This document shows, piece after piece, positions 25,221 through 39,076 of a DNA stretch of 64,000 bases. The translations under genes and the position numbers were made by a program. Where the stretch lies: assembly GCF_009914755.1 (NCBI RefSeq), contig NC_060925.1. The stretch is one strand, 5' to 3'. Numbering within the stretch: position 1 is the stretch's first letter; each line of letters starts with the position of its first letter. This DNA comes from the human T2T-CHM13v2.0 reference genome, Homo sapiens. The notes beneath the pieces are model-generated. The model made no database searches, was not told where the DNA came from, and saw only the letters and a program-made list of their open reading frames with translations.

Positions 25221-25759
25221 GGGAGCTCCTTTTAACTGTAATGGGAATTCTCAGAGAATTTGATTGTTGTTCTTTTTTGATGTATCATAATTTTGTATCA
25301 ACAGAGAACCATTCTCTGTTGTTAGACATTTAGGTGTTTACCCCTCCCTCCCATCTCTTCGTGTTATAATTTACACTTCAGCAAATTTCCTTGTAAATAA
25401 AACCATGTCTATCTTTGACCACTTACACAGTGTACATTTCTAAAAGTGGAAATTGACAGGCCAAAATGTATGGATGCTGTGGAAGACTCTGAACATACCG
25501 TGAAGTTGCTTTCCAGAAAAGTACCTGCATAGACTTCCCTCAGCAATGCTGGACAGCGTCCCTTCGGTTACACCCTTGCAAATTCCAACATCGAGTATTA
25601 TCTTTCCCCCTCCTCTTTGTTGACTAAGGCTTGCTGGTTATAGAGGATTCCATTTCGTTTTTTACGGATATGTAAGTTGCTTGTTTATAATGGGCCCTTC
25701 TATATATAATTTAACTGCAATATCCTTGAACTTCTCTGTGAGTTGTGCTTCCCCCAGCC

Positions 25760-25940
25760 CAGCGGCCCTCATCTCGGGCACACATTTAAATCACCCTGTA
25801 GGGTTTTGTAAAAGCATAATGCTGGCTCCACCACAGACCAATTAAAACAGAGAGTCTCTGGGAGTGAGTCCAGGGCATTAGCACTTGAAAACTTTCTCCC
25901 TGTGATTCTAATTTGCTACTGGGACCCAGAACTACTGCCC
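25760..25940. mobile_element. MER5-family hAT-Charlie DNA transposon fragment
   Basis: cagcggccctca...aatcacc...gtgattctaat...agaactactg. Confidence 0.5.
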
Positions 25941-26424
25941 AACCATGCTTGAATTAATCAGAAGGCCTGAGCCTAGTTCTACTGTCTATATGCTTGGGCC
26001 AACCCTGTTAACTTTTCCTTTTTAAACTTTTGATTATGGAAATTTCCAAATATATGCAAAGGTAGAGAGAACAGTATAATGAAACCCTATGCAACCATCA
26101 CCCACCTTCAACAATTACCCTGGAGGGTTTTATGCAGGAAAATGATATGGTTTGAATTAAGTTTTAAACAAGGTACCAGTTGCTGTGTGAATTGTGGATG
26201 GTGTTGGGGAAGCATGGAGGCTGGAGGGCCAGTTTGAAGGCTGCGGCATAATCCAGGCAGGAGGTGATGGGGCTTGGCCTGGGGTGGGGCAACGGCGATG
26301 GAAAAAAGTGCCAGGTCAGGACAGAGGTAGAGTGGCAGGGCTTGCTGGCCGACTGGATGCAGGGTGAGCTGTTGTGAGGCTGAGATGAGACACCACTGTG
26401 TGCCTGGCACATACAGGAGTGAAA

Positions 26425-26478
26425 TCAGCGCGAATCTCCATTTCCCATCCTGTGCAGGCTCCAAGCTCTAAGGCTTAC
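26425..26478 (-). CDS. GRIK3: Alternative C-terminus by read-through of the exon-15 donor: [17 protein letters not shown]
   Basis: In-frame continuation past CAG|gtaag to TGA at 26425-26427; matches my recollection of a shorter annotated human GRIK3 isoform (not verifiable here). Confidence 0.6.
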   Translation of the reverse strand, partial: VSLRAWSLHRMGNGDSR

Positions 26479-26729
26479 CTGCTCTCTCTCTGCTGTTTTG
26501 CGGAGCTTGTACACAAACTCGCCCACGGCCACCAGCACAGAGAGGACCAGCCCGGCGGCCAGGACAATGAAGATGCCCCCGATCTTCTGGATCCCCAGGG
26601 CACTGGCCTCTTTGTTTTCCTCCTCAGGACACCCGCTGCCCCGCCACCACTTCTCCTTCATGATATGCAGCTTGTCCTCCTCCTGAAGCTGCAGGATGGC
26701 GATGGTGATCTTGTCCCGGTATGGGGAGC
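26479..26729 (-). CDS. GRIK3: GRIK3 coding exon (exon 15): end of S2, M4 and proximal C-tail ([28 protein letters not shown]...[14 protein letters not shown])
   Basis: LQEEDKLH has Asp (codon 26674-26676) where GluK2 has Gly, the GluK3-type Zn2+-site residue as I recall it; acceptor ctcag|GC, donor CAG|gtaagc; 251 nt, phase 1/0. Confidence 0.97.
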
Positions 26730-27094
26730 CTGAGCAGGGAGAAGGGACCCCTAGCCATCAGTGGCGTGTGGCCCATTCTGTGTTTGGCTCTGCCAACACC
26801 CTGGTCAGGTCACCACCACTAGCCCTCTGGATCAGCTCATGAAAGGGGGTCCCTATCCCTGTGAGTCCCCTTTAAATCGACGCATGGTATCTGGGTGAGT
26901 GGAAATGTCCTGTTTGAGCAGGGAGGTTGTGCCCATTGTGTATCAGTCCCTGTGGGCTCCCTGAAGTCCCAGTGCCCCTGAGCTGCATCAGCAGGGGCAG
27001 GGGCAGGAGAGGGAAGGCAGGAATGGCCTCTGGGAACTGTCCCCAAACCTCGCGTCTGTCCCAGCTCTCATTGCTCAGGCCAGGGCCACCCTCA

Positions 27095-27481
<387 letters not shown>

Positions 27482-27595
27482 TCACCTTTATCAGCCCCAT
27501 GGAATGAGCTGTGAGACGGAGTGTGAGGGGACGCGGGGGTGGAGCCCTCCCTCTGCCCACACACCCACCCCTCCCACAGGCAGCCCCTCGCTCAC

Positions 27596-27818
27596 CCATG
27601 GGCGTGCCGATGCCGTAGCCCTTGGAGTCAATGAGGCCCCCGATCTGGGTGAGGTTGCAGTTCCTCTGCGTGACGTACTCGATGGTGGTGGACTCCATGA
27701 GCAGCGCGTAGTCGGCCGTCAGGGCCCTCTGGATGCCCTCCTCGTTGTTCTTCACCAGCGCCGATGGCTTGCTGCTCATGAAGGCCCACATCTTCTCGAA
27801 GGTGGAGATCTTGGATTT
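27596..27818 (-). CDS. GRIK3: GRIK3 coding exon (exon 14): S2 segment [16 protein letters not shown]...[36 protein letters not shown]
   Basis: Kainate receptor S2 peptide; acceptor cccag|AAA, donor G|gtgagc; 223 nt, phase 0/1. Confidence 0.97.
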
Positions 27819-28129
27819 CTGGGCCGTGAGGGAAGGGGTGATGCACACACCGTTACTAGGCGCACCAGGGACCAAGCACCGCATACCCTGCACAACGTGG
27901 GTTGGGGCCTTGAACTCGGTCTACAATCTTCAGAGAAAGGAAGTGCTACACGGTGCTCAGATATAGAAATTGAGGCCCCGGGGCAAAGGTCCCCAAACAC
28001 ACAGCTGGCCAATGATAAAACGGAAATGTAGACTCAGGCCTGCTTCCTGGAAACCCTGGCCATGGCACAAGTGGTCTTCAAGCTGACTTTTTAAACATGG
28101 ATTTTCTTTCTCTAAAATTTATTAAAAGT

Positions 28130-28360
28130 TAGCACGTTCAGGCTTTGTTCTAAGTGCTCTACCTGCATTAACTCGTTGATTCTTCACAGCGCTCACAGGA
28201 GGCAGGCACCATCACAAGCCCCATTTTACAAATAAAAAGATTGAGGCACAGCTAAGTCACTTGCCTAAGTTTACCCAGGTACTAAGTAGCAAAGCCAGGC
28301 TTCAAACCCAGGCCATCTGGCTCCAGAGTCCATACCCCTAACCCCTCAGCTGCCCTGCCT
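28130..28360 (-). mobile_element. MIR SINE
   Basis: cccattttaca...gaggcacag...aagtcacttgcctaag...ttcaaacccagg...tggctccagagtcc. Confidence 0.8.
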
Positions 28361-29766
28361 CACAGAAACCACTGTGAGGGTGGAGGGGGAGAGACAGCTG
28401 CTCATCGGGGCAAAGCTGAGTGGGTCCTGGGCCTCCCCTTTCACTTCAACCAATGGAGGCCTCTTTTATGTCCTGTTTCAGGGGAAGATTTTGCCTCAGA
28501 CATGTTCTACTTCATTACTGTGAGGAAGGAGCAGGGTGCGAATTGCAGAGGGGGAGAAAAGTAAGGGCAGTCAGGGTAGGTGGTCTGCAAACCCCCTTCA
28601 GCTACACCAGAGCCCAGGGCTGTAGGGTCCTGGGCTGGACACTGTTGCTTGAGCAGAATCAGAATCCCTAAGACCAGGTCCAGTTGGTAGGATGCAATGC
28701 CTATGCTGGGGAGACGCAGAGAGGTCACTGGGGCCAGGAGAGAGGAGGGCAAGGGCTGAGTGTCCCTTGCTGCCTGGGGAGACTGTGCAGACCAGGGTGC
28801 ACGGCATTCATGAGATTTCTTGGGAACTTAGTGCTTTGCCAACTGCCTGCTCCCAGCAGGGATCAGCCCTGTCCTGGCTGATCTCAGGGGAACAGGTGGT
28901 TCTGCAGGCCCCACTGAGCCCGGCTGGTTCCAAGTCTAGCTGTGTCTGTCTGTGATGTCAACCTGCCTGACTGGCACCCGGCCCAGCTCCAGTATGCCTG
29001 ATGTCATGGGTGCAATTGAACAGGCTGGCGCAGGACTGGGGCATGGGCAGGGGGATGGGGAAGAAGCCATGCCTGCTGGGAGGGAGCTAAGGAGCCTGGG
29101 AGGAAAGTGTACTTTCTATTCTCCAGGTGCTTCCTAGATCTGGCAAGGGCTGTCCCCTCCTAAACTGGCTTCTAGAGACCCAAACATGTCCTGAGGAAGA
29201 GCAATGGGGACAGGAAGGGGCCCCAAAGCCACAGGCAGGACCCCTTAGAATTACATCTGAGCACCATATCAGTTGAGTGCCAGTGATGCCTTCTTTGGGC
29301 ACAGGGCTGGGGGCACCTTCACAGATAAGCAGCCACTCCCCAACCTACAAATTTACCTGCCCCAAAGCCAAAGGCATGGAAGGGCCCAGATGCCTGCAGC
29401 TCTCACTGGCCTCTCCCAGCCCCTCCTAGTCCTCAGCCTGCCCTTCTTTCAGCCATTGCTACTCTCCAGCTACTCCAGCTCTGCATGACTCTCTTACCTC
29501 TGCAATCCCTGCCTCCAAACCTTTTGTGCTCTCCGCTCTCCCACTTCCTCAGCTATTCTTCCACCTCAGTGCTTCCTGTGGCCCAGGCTGTGCCCCACGC
29601 AATATTCTTGCCCTTAAAAATCTTCCTGGTGTTCAGCTCTTCTGCCTCCCCCAATGTTTCTTATTTTCTAGAAAATTTCTGATAAGCAGATTCTCCCACC
29701 TCCAACCTCTTTTACTCCCTCTGTTCCTTTCTTACTCTGCTACGCTGTCTCCCCAGATTCTCCTGT

Positions 29767-30303
29767 TGTAGAAAGCTTCTAGATGGCTCCTACAGATCCC
29801 CATTTCTGGTATTCACACCTTTGTGTAATCCCCTCTTCTTGAATGTGAGCTGAAACTAGTGACTTGCTTTTAACTCTCCACAAAAGTGATGGGATGTCAT
29901 GTCCAAAATTAGGTTACAAGAGACTGTGACTGGTACTCTCTCTGGCTCGTCTCACTCTGATGGAAGCTGGCTGTCATGTTGTGAGTTGCCCTATGGAGAG
30001 GTTCCCAGGGCAAGAAACAGAGGGCAGCCTCTGGCCAGCTATCAGTGAAAAACTGAAGCCCTTAGTTCAGTCACCTGGGGGGAGCTGAGTCCTGCCAACA
30101 AGCATGCAGTGAGTTTGGAGAACATGCCTTGAAATGACTGTAGCATTAGCCAACACCTTGACTGCAGCCCCATGAGGGACCCTGAGCCAGAGGACTCAGC
30201 GAAACTGCCTAGATTCCTGACCCACAAGCTGTGAGATAGCAAATATTGTTTTAAAACATGAAGTTTCGGGTAATTTGGTATGCAGCAATAGATAACTTAT
30301 ACA
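29767..30303 (+). mobile_element. MaLR solo LTR (MLT1F/G-like)
   Basis: TG...CA termini; gtattcacacctttgtgtaatcccctc, ttcctgacccaca, tggtatgcagcaatagataacttataca. Confidence 0.85.
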
Positions 30304-30619
30304 CCCTCTCAACCACATAGTCACATAAGCGACTTCTGCTCCCAGTATGGTTGCTTTTTCAGATAATCATCAATTCCAACTATTCTTCTAATCAAAGTAT
30401 CCTAGTCCAGTCATCTCTGCTTTGCCAGATACACGTGTTCCTGATACTCTACCATCCTGGTTATTGGAACCTAAATACTTTTCTCCCTCCAGTGATTGCA
30501 GCTCTTCAGTTCCTTTCCATCCTTGTCTCTTCTGCTTTCCCAGTTCTCCCTCTACTACTAGAGGTGAGAACCAAAGGTAGATGAAGCAATCAGACCTCCT
30601 AATGCATCTGCCCATCTAA

Positions 30620-30990
30620 TCTATCCTTCCAATTACCCATCAACCCATCCATCCATCCATCCATCCATCCACCCACCCATCCATCCACCCATCATCCATC
30701 CATCCATCCATCCAACCACTCACCCACCCATCCACTATTGTATCTGATCATGCTATCATCCACACACCATGTACATACTAGTTAATTCAACTAATCTGAC
30801 TATCCACCTATCTATTACTTATCTATCCATCCATTTATCCATCTATCCAACCATCTATCTATCCATCCATCCATCCGTCTGTTCTCTTACCCACCTATCC
30901 ATCCCCCAATCATCCATCCCTTTCTCCTTCTCACCCATCTTACCCACCCACTCTCCTATGTCACCCACCCTCTCAGTCATCCATCCAATA
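30620..30990 (+). repeat. (CCAT/CTAT)n degenerate simple repeat
   Basis: Directly visible. Confidence 0.9.
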
Positions 30991-33900
30991 AATCTCAAGT
31001 CCTGAGAAAAGTAACTTGACAATGAATCACTCAGGAAGCCCCACCTACTCCTTCTGTCTCAGAATGGGATAAGCACTTCTTCTCTTTCTCTAAACTCCTC
31101 CTTGTATCCTCCCCACACCCCAACACTTTATTCCTCCTATATACAGGCCTGCCTGACACCAAACCATATGCTCTTTCCAGTAACACAACACCATAGATGG
31201 AGACAGAAATTTCAGTTGGGGGCTGAAGGGAGTGTTGAGGCAGATGGGCTCTGAGGAAAGACACAAGAAAGGCACCAGTGGGTAAAGGAACTGAATGAGG
31301 AAGATGGGAAAGGACACCAGAGAGCTTGGGCCAGTGAAGATGCAAGGTGAAAACAAGGCATGAAGCTGGCTGTGACGTTAATTTTAAGAGGTTCCTGGTT
31401 CTGGAGCCTCCTGGCTCCAGCACCAACTAAATTATTACCTCCATCACCTTCAGGTAGATGTGTCTGAAATCTGCTTTCCTAGAATGGTCCCCACTGTCCT
31501 TGTCTTCTGTCTTGGGGCCCCCCTTCTCAACCCCATCTCCTCATGGTCTCTGCTTCCCCTTAAGTGCTGTCCTTCTGTCCTTGAGCAGTTGAGTGATTCT
31601 GGGGCACAACCCTGTAAAGGTTCCTTGTGGCTTGTCTAAGCAGGGATAGATAAATCCAGAGCCCTTCATGGACTCTCAGGTCCCTCTCTCCCATCTCTGG
31701 GAGAGTTCCCATCACAGGCCTGAGTTCCCATCACTGGCCAGAGCTATCATCACCACCCTAGGGAACGAAGTCTCACATACCTACAGCTCCTGTGTCATCC
31801 TGCCTGTCCCGGCCCTGGTTGGAACCTTAATAAAGATTGTTTCAGGGCTAGTCACCCAAATCAACTAATGGAATCATCTGGAACAACCAATACACGGCGG
31901 TGTGCCAGGACAGAGATGCTTTTTTTATCAGCAAAATTGGCAAGAAAGTAAATTTCAGGCTCACGACTTTCAATTCCAGCCTCCTCAAAGAAGCAAATTG
32001 ATTTTCCCTGACTGAAGATACTTAATCTTGAGAATTTAACATTTCTGTACAAGAGAATGTATGTAAGTCTATATATATATAGCAATTCCAAAGGGAGCTG
32101 AATTTCAGAGAATGTGTGCAGAGATGCAGTAGCAATGGGATTGCATACAAGACCTTGGTTGTTTTCCATACTGGAAAGAAGACCTTTTTCCATATTAATT
32201 GGCTTTCTTATCTCTGAGTGTGGAATCTTTGGCCTTACTGGATCCATGGATTTGAGCAGTTTATCATTTTTCTTGGGTCATTTCTGTGGGGACAGGAGGC
32301 CTCTTTGGAGTCCATGGCCTCTGCCCACTGCTACAGGCTCCCTGGTAAGGACAGTCTAGCTCCTAGTTCACCTCCCCCCATCCCGGCAGCACATGCCTGA
32401 GGCTTGCTTGTGGGGGGCTACAGGCTGGGGGTGGAGGTAGTGAGAGGGGTGAGCTCCACTGCACTCTGGTGTCACACCAGCTTGGACTCAAATGCCAGCT
32501 CCTTTTGTGACCACAAGCAAGTGACATCACCTCTCTGAGCTTCACTTTCCATATCTGTAAAACGGGTGTTGTAAGAGTACGTGCTACTTAGGGTTATCGT
32601 GAACATTCAACAAGACAAGGTGTGTGAAGCGTTTAACACAGAGCATGCCCCTAAGGCTCCATAGGTGGCCGGAGTCACTCTTTCCCTTTAAGGCTCCTTA
32701 ATTCTCTGTAAGGCCCAGTTTTCTCATCTAGAAACTGGGGAGAAAAATCTCTATAGTGCTGAGTTGCTATGGCACTTAAAGGGGTAAAAACTCAAATGCT
32801 GACAGGGTCCAGGCAGGGTATTGAAGTAACTAAAGAAGGCTGGGGGGAGTCTGTAAACTGGAGATAAACATTGCCTCTCAGCTGCTGAGAATTGCTGCAA
32901 TTGATGTTTTAAAAAATATACATATATAAATAAGCGATGTGTGGCCCCTCCAAATCACGTCTATGGGCTGCACAGGCCTGTGTATCACCAGTTTGCAACA
33001 ATAAACAATAAAAAGTTAGCATTCACTGCATGCCTACTTTGTGCCAGGTAATGCTGTGAGGTGAATACATGAATTATCACATTTAATCATCTCAATGGCT
33101 CCATAAGGTGGGTGCCCTTTAGCTGGTCATCTCCAGTGTGCTCCAGTTAAGTAATCTGCCCCAGGAGGGAATTTCGGGGCAAGAGGAAAGGGTCCAGCCT
33201 GCCTCTTTGGTTTCTGTTCAGCCAACTGGAGGGCTGTGTGGAAGAGAAAGCCTTTGACCTAAGTCCTCCTGTATGCCTGGCTCTGGGCTAACCACTGTAC
33301 ATACAGGAGCTCACCGAACCCTCTTGCTAATTGCTGCATGGTGAAAATAAGTATCTGTGTTGTACAGGGGAGCAAATGGAAGCCCGGATAAGTGAAGTGA
33401 CTTGCCTAAGGTCACCAGCAGAGACATCATCCCAGACTCAAATCCTGGTCTGTCTGACTTTAAAACTGATGTAACTTGATGACGACAGGCGGCATCACAC
33501 TGAATTCTGCCTGGGCATTACATTTTGGTCCCCCTACCTGCTTCTGCTTGAAGGCAGGGCTAAGACTGTATGTGAGAGAGGCCAGCAGATGGGTCAGGAG
33601 AAGCTGGAAGCTGAGTTTGGGGAGCATCTTCCTAGGCCCTCCAGCTCAAGGAAGGGTCTGTCATGCAGCTGGGAGGCAGGGTGTGGACCAGGTGACCTCT
33701 CTGACAGCATGCCCAGGTCAGATGCTAGGAACCGAGGCTGTGCAAGGGGGATGGCCTGACAATGACCAGGGGCCCAGGGAACCTGGCATTCTCGGGCTCC
33801 CAGCTCCCACTCCTTTCCTAAGCCGCTATCCCTCTCATCTGTTATGTGCTCTCCCACCCCCAGCACTGAAAAAGGTCTAAGTGCTTGGAGAAGCTGTCTT

Positions 33901-34589
33901 CCGATGTCCTCTCTCTTCAAAGCTGTGCAGCCCTCCCTGCAAAGAACACGCTTTCCCAACGTTCTCCTTTACATTTTGCCTACATATTTTTATAGCCAAA
34001 CAGTGCTTTCAAAGGCCTCTTTTTTCATCTCCTAATTAATTTTTATCTTCCAAGACGGAGGGAGGACAACACAGGAGACGCTGTTTGTGATGTCTGCTGC
34101 TCCCTGACAACTCTTCAAATGAAATTCCTCTGGAATGATGGGTCTGCAGGGTGGGGGCGAGGGATCGAGAGCCCCCCGAGAGCCCAGCATCCCGCTTCCT
34201 GCTGTTGTCGTCTTTGGACAGAAACAGGTTCCCTCCCTTGTGAGTTCTACTCTCAGTCAGGGCGTTTTTTTAAGACTGTGTGCTTCCTAATCAGGAACAT
34301 GCTAACCACAGAAATCAAGTTCATCTGTCCTGCACTCTGGACCTTCAATACAGGCTGCCCACTCAGTTCCTAGTCCTCGATATTATCTCCTGCACTTGTG
34401 CCACTTGGCTGCCGCCATCTTTAAATCCCATCCTTTCACTCAATAACAGTATCCACTCAACACGTATTATTAGAGCAACTACGACGTGCCAGGGCTGTGC
34501 AGGGCTGGGTATGTGGTCAACTGACTGTGGCTTCACTTTTCCCCAACTGCCTCCTGAGGACTGTGGCTGGGTCCTTAGAGAAGCCATAT

Positions 34590-34845
34590 GAACACAGTGA
34601 CCAAGAGCATAGGCACTAGAGCCAGGTTGCTTGGGTTCAAATCCCAGCTCTGCATTTCACTAGCTGTGGGATGTTAGGCAAGTCAGTTAGCCTCTCTGGG
34701 CCTTCCTTTCGTCATGTTTCAAATGGAGATGATAATAACAATCTACGTTCCAGGGCTGTTATTGAGGATGTTATAAACAAATACAGGTAAAATGCTTGGA
34801 ATGGTGCCTGGCACAAAGTAAGTGTTCATTAAGTGTTACTGTTAT
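34590..34845 (+). mobile_element. MIR SINE (near full length)
   Basis: tgggttcaaatcccagctctgc...ggcaagtcagttagcctctctgggcc...gtgcctggcacaaagtaagtg. Confidence 0.85.
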
Positions 34846-35881
34846 TGTTGACTTTGCCAATGTCTCCTAGACATCTGATGGCTCCTCCTGGAGCTGCCTC
34901 CTGTTCAACAGTAGTGCAGCCTTGCCATATACTCTCATGGTCAGGGGAAGACCACCTCTCTAGGAGAAGACCCTAGAGTGGATGTGGGAGAGGGCACTGT
35001 GCATGAAGACAGCATGTCTGACCTTGTACCCCGCTCCACCACTGATCTGCTGTGTGATAATGGGCTGGGCCTGTTTCTCTGGGTTAATCTCAGGTCTCCT
35101 TCCAGCTCTAACCTGCAAACATTCTGTGCTAACCAGAAGGCTATCACCTGGCCCGGGGGGAAGGTCTACTTAGGAAGTCCAACTACAGAGGGCAGAGGGG
35201 TGACAAGGCAGGGAATTGGTTCATCCAGGGACCTTCAGCGGGGGCGGGGCGGGGGGTGGTGCTTCTAGCTCATCATCTGAGGTGGGGGGGCAGTTAATGT
35301 ATCTACATTCAGGCTCTTCTCCAATATGTAACAGTCCCATTGCTGCTGCTGATGACAGGGAGTCTGGGCAAGGAGAGCTTCACTTGAATTAAGGCAGGAG
35401 ACAATGTGGCCAGGCATAAAGAGGAATTAATTGACCATAGGGACAGGAAGAAAGTGGAGTTAGTTATGCAGGGGGTGTGGAGTTGTTGTTTCTGACCCAC
35501 AGACTCCTGTGAGCATGGGCCCATGAAGCCCCAGCATCCCAGACAGGTGACAGCATTTGTATGTCTCTTCTGCCCTCCTCGCTGTGCCATTTGCACGGAA
35601 GGTGGGTGAGGGCAGAGGAGGCTGTGGGAGGTGCTGCTTGATGGTGAGGGCAGCAGCTCGGTGGGGAGCTGGGGCTAGCTTCTTGGAAGCCAATCTGAGC
35701 ATCTTAGCATGGAGGGAGGCAGGGACATCCAATCAGCGGCAATGAGCCTGCACCAGGCTTATTTATGCCGTTTCACTTTGATCGGGAGCCCTGCTTAGAG
35801 ATGGGTTCATGCGTTATGCATGAGAGATGCTCTGGCACAAAGGGCTGGGCCACAGCCTGGGGATAGGCAGGAGCAGGCAGG

Positions 35882-36570
35882 CATGTGTGCACATACACAC
35901 ACATACACATGCAGACACATATGCATGTACAGTTCATTATACACACACACACCCAGAGACACATTCATATGCATGCATGGACCATTATACACATACATAG
36001 ACCCCCCCCCCCCACACACAGAGACACATATGCATGCATGGGCCATTATACACACATACATCCAGACATATATACATGCATGGATCATTATACATGCACA
36101 CACAGATACATATGTATGCACAGGCCATTATACACACACACACTCAGATTCATGCATGCATAGGCCATTACACAGGCATACACACACAAAGGCGAGTATA
36201 CACACACATGCCTGCACAGGCCATTACACACACACAGGTCCATCTGCCCTCCACTTATCTAGACATACCCATGAGGATATCCAAGCAGACAGACAAATGT
36301 ATTTTCTCTGTACCCATATACAGGTAGACCCTCGGGTACACACTTGTACACATTCACAGGCACATGTCCACATGCCCAGATCACAGAGATGCATCACACA
36401 TATGTTCAGCACACATACACATAGATGCAGACACGTGTCCAAGCACAAATACACACATGTCCCCACACAGGCAGAGTTGTGCACAGGCACATGTGTGCAC
36501 ATACACACACGTGCACATTCCCACATATTATATGCTGCTACATGCACATGTGAAGCCATGCATGTATACA
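35882..36570 (+). repeat. (CA/TA)-rich low-complexity tract with ~7 degenerate units of atgcatggNccattatacacacac
   Basis: Recurrent cattatacac/cattacac after catgca-like motifs; UG-rich on the GRIK3 sense strand. Confidence 0.85.
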
Positions 36571-37110
36571 CATCCTCACCTACTCACTCATAGGCAGGAA
36601 CACATACAGAGTCCCATAGTGTTCCCAACATGCCTTTGATAATGCCGTTGTCTTCCCCTCACTCTAAATACACAGCAGTGACCTCTTAGGCAAGTCAACC
36701 AACATCCCTCTTGGCAACATCCAAGAGGGAAGCTCCTTTCCTCACTCACTGTCTCTTCACTACAAAGCTGTTTCCAACCTCAAGGAGGGACATGGTGGGG
36801 GCTGGGCAGCGGGGAGGGGAGAAAGTGCCAGGGGGCTGCAGTGCCCAGGAGGTAGAAGGCTTTCCCACCCAACCCCTTCCTTCTCTCTTCACTCAGGCCC
36901 CACTGGAGGCTCCATCTATCATTTGGAGGCTTAGCCTAGGAGGAGGCAGCGGCTGGGAGATGGGGAATTAGAGCCCAGAGGAAAGGAAAATACCCCAGGC
37001 TTCCATTCCAGGTTGATTGAGAGCAGTTGATTAATAGATAAACATATAAATAAGTGGGCCTGCAGCCACAGAGTTCCTAAATCCTAATCATTTCTGGGAA
37101 ACCTTTGGAA

Positions 37111-37605
<495 letters not shown>

Positions 37606-38551
37606 GCTTAAAACAGGGCCCTCGAGGAAGGTAGGCCTGGGTCGCACCTGGTTCCTCCAGCTGGGCATCCCTGGACAAGCCACTTAGCTGCTCTGGGACT
37701 CAGTTTCCACACGTGTAAAGTAGAAATAATTCGAGTACCAGCCTCCCAGGATTTGTCATGAAGATTAAATGAGGCCCAGCATTTAGCGCAGCTCTTGGCC
37801 TACTGTGAGATCTCAGTGGCAGTAGCTACTGCTATTACTACTTTAATTTCTGGGAGAACCTTTGCAGCTTCTGGTTCTCAGGGCCAGCCAGAGTCTCCTA
37901 AGCCCTCAGCTACTCCAGTAGAAAGTGGAAAACATTAGGGCACTCAGCAACACTTCACAGAGCAGGAGGAGCAATGAAATCATGGCCAGATACCCATTAG
38001 AGCAGTCACTTGAGCAGGTGACAGGGATTTTATCTGCTGACACCAGCATTCCTAGAGTGTAACATGCTCAGTAATGTCTGTAAACACTTGTTCAAGTTCT
38101 AAGCCTCCTCCCTTCCTCTCAAGATTTGGCCCTGCTGCTGTCTCCCCAACCTCAGGTTAGCTTCTTTGAGATGGACGGCATTGAGGTCTGAAGCCAAGGG
38201 CGGGAAGCCCCTAGGGCCTGTGTGTCTGGGTGGCTCTTCCCCTCCTTCCCACTTCTCCAGGCCCCTCTCTTCATCTGTCTCCCTCTGATGACTTAAGGAA
38301 TCATAACACATTCACATTGCTCATCTCAGGCACAGAAACTTCTAGGATTTGTGTCGAGGCCAACCCAGTTGGCCCACATCACCACAGCTCCCCAAAGTCA
38401 ACTAGTCCAAACACGGTGGGGCTGAGAGGGCTTCTGACCCATTGGCCATGCGTGGTTAGGGAAGGACAGAGACCCCCTTTCCTCTTCTGCTCAGTAAAGG
38501 GTCCGGAGAGGATCAGCTCACGGTGCTGCAATAGGAGGGAGAGGGCCTCAC

Positions 38552-38769
38552 CTTGAAGAAGGTCATGGTGGCCCCATCCTTGACAGCCCCATACTCGATT
38601 TTGGTTTGCTTGGCCAGGTCATCAGCAGAGTCAATGGGTGATTCCATGCGCTCCACGGTCAGAAAGGCAGCCAGGTTGGCCGTGTAGGAAGAGATGATGA
38701 TGAGCGTGAAGAACCACCAGATGCCACCAATGATGCGTGTGGACAGGGCTTTGGGCATCAGCTCAGACC
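38552..38769 (-). CDS. GRIK3: GRIK3 coding exon (exon 13): M3 with SYTANLAAF gating motif and start of S2
   Basis: [72 protein letters not shown]; acceptor cccag|GG, donor AAG|gtgagg; 218 nt, phase 1/0. Confidence 0.98.
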
Positions 38770-38886
38770 CTGGGCGAAGAGAGGAGATAGTCAGTCCCTT
38801 ACAACATCCAGACTAGCGCTGCTCAAGTCCCCTGGGTCATGGATTCCTCTGATACTCTAATGAAAGCTAAGGCCCTTTCCCAAGAC

Positions 38887-39076
38887 CAGTGGTTCTCAAA
38901 AGTGTGGTCCCTGGACTGGCAGCAACATCATCACCTGGAACTTGTTAGAAATGCACATTCTTGGGCCCTTCCCCAGCACTCACTGAATCAGTAATTTCTG
39001 AGGGTGGGAACCAGCAATATGTTTTGAGTAAGCTCTCCAGATGATTCTGACGCAGGCTAAAATTTAAGAATCGCTC
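38887..39076 (+). mobile_element. MER5A DNA transposon
   Basis: cagtggttctcaaaagtgtggtccc...cacctggaacttgttagaaatgcacattct. Confidence 0.85.

Noticed and set aside
35820-36593. 257-aa His/Thr/Cys-rich ORF resembling a metal-binding protein
   Set aside because: Product of CA/TA low-complexity sequence
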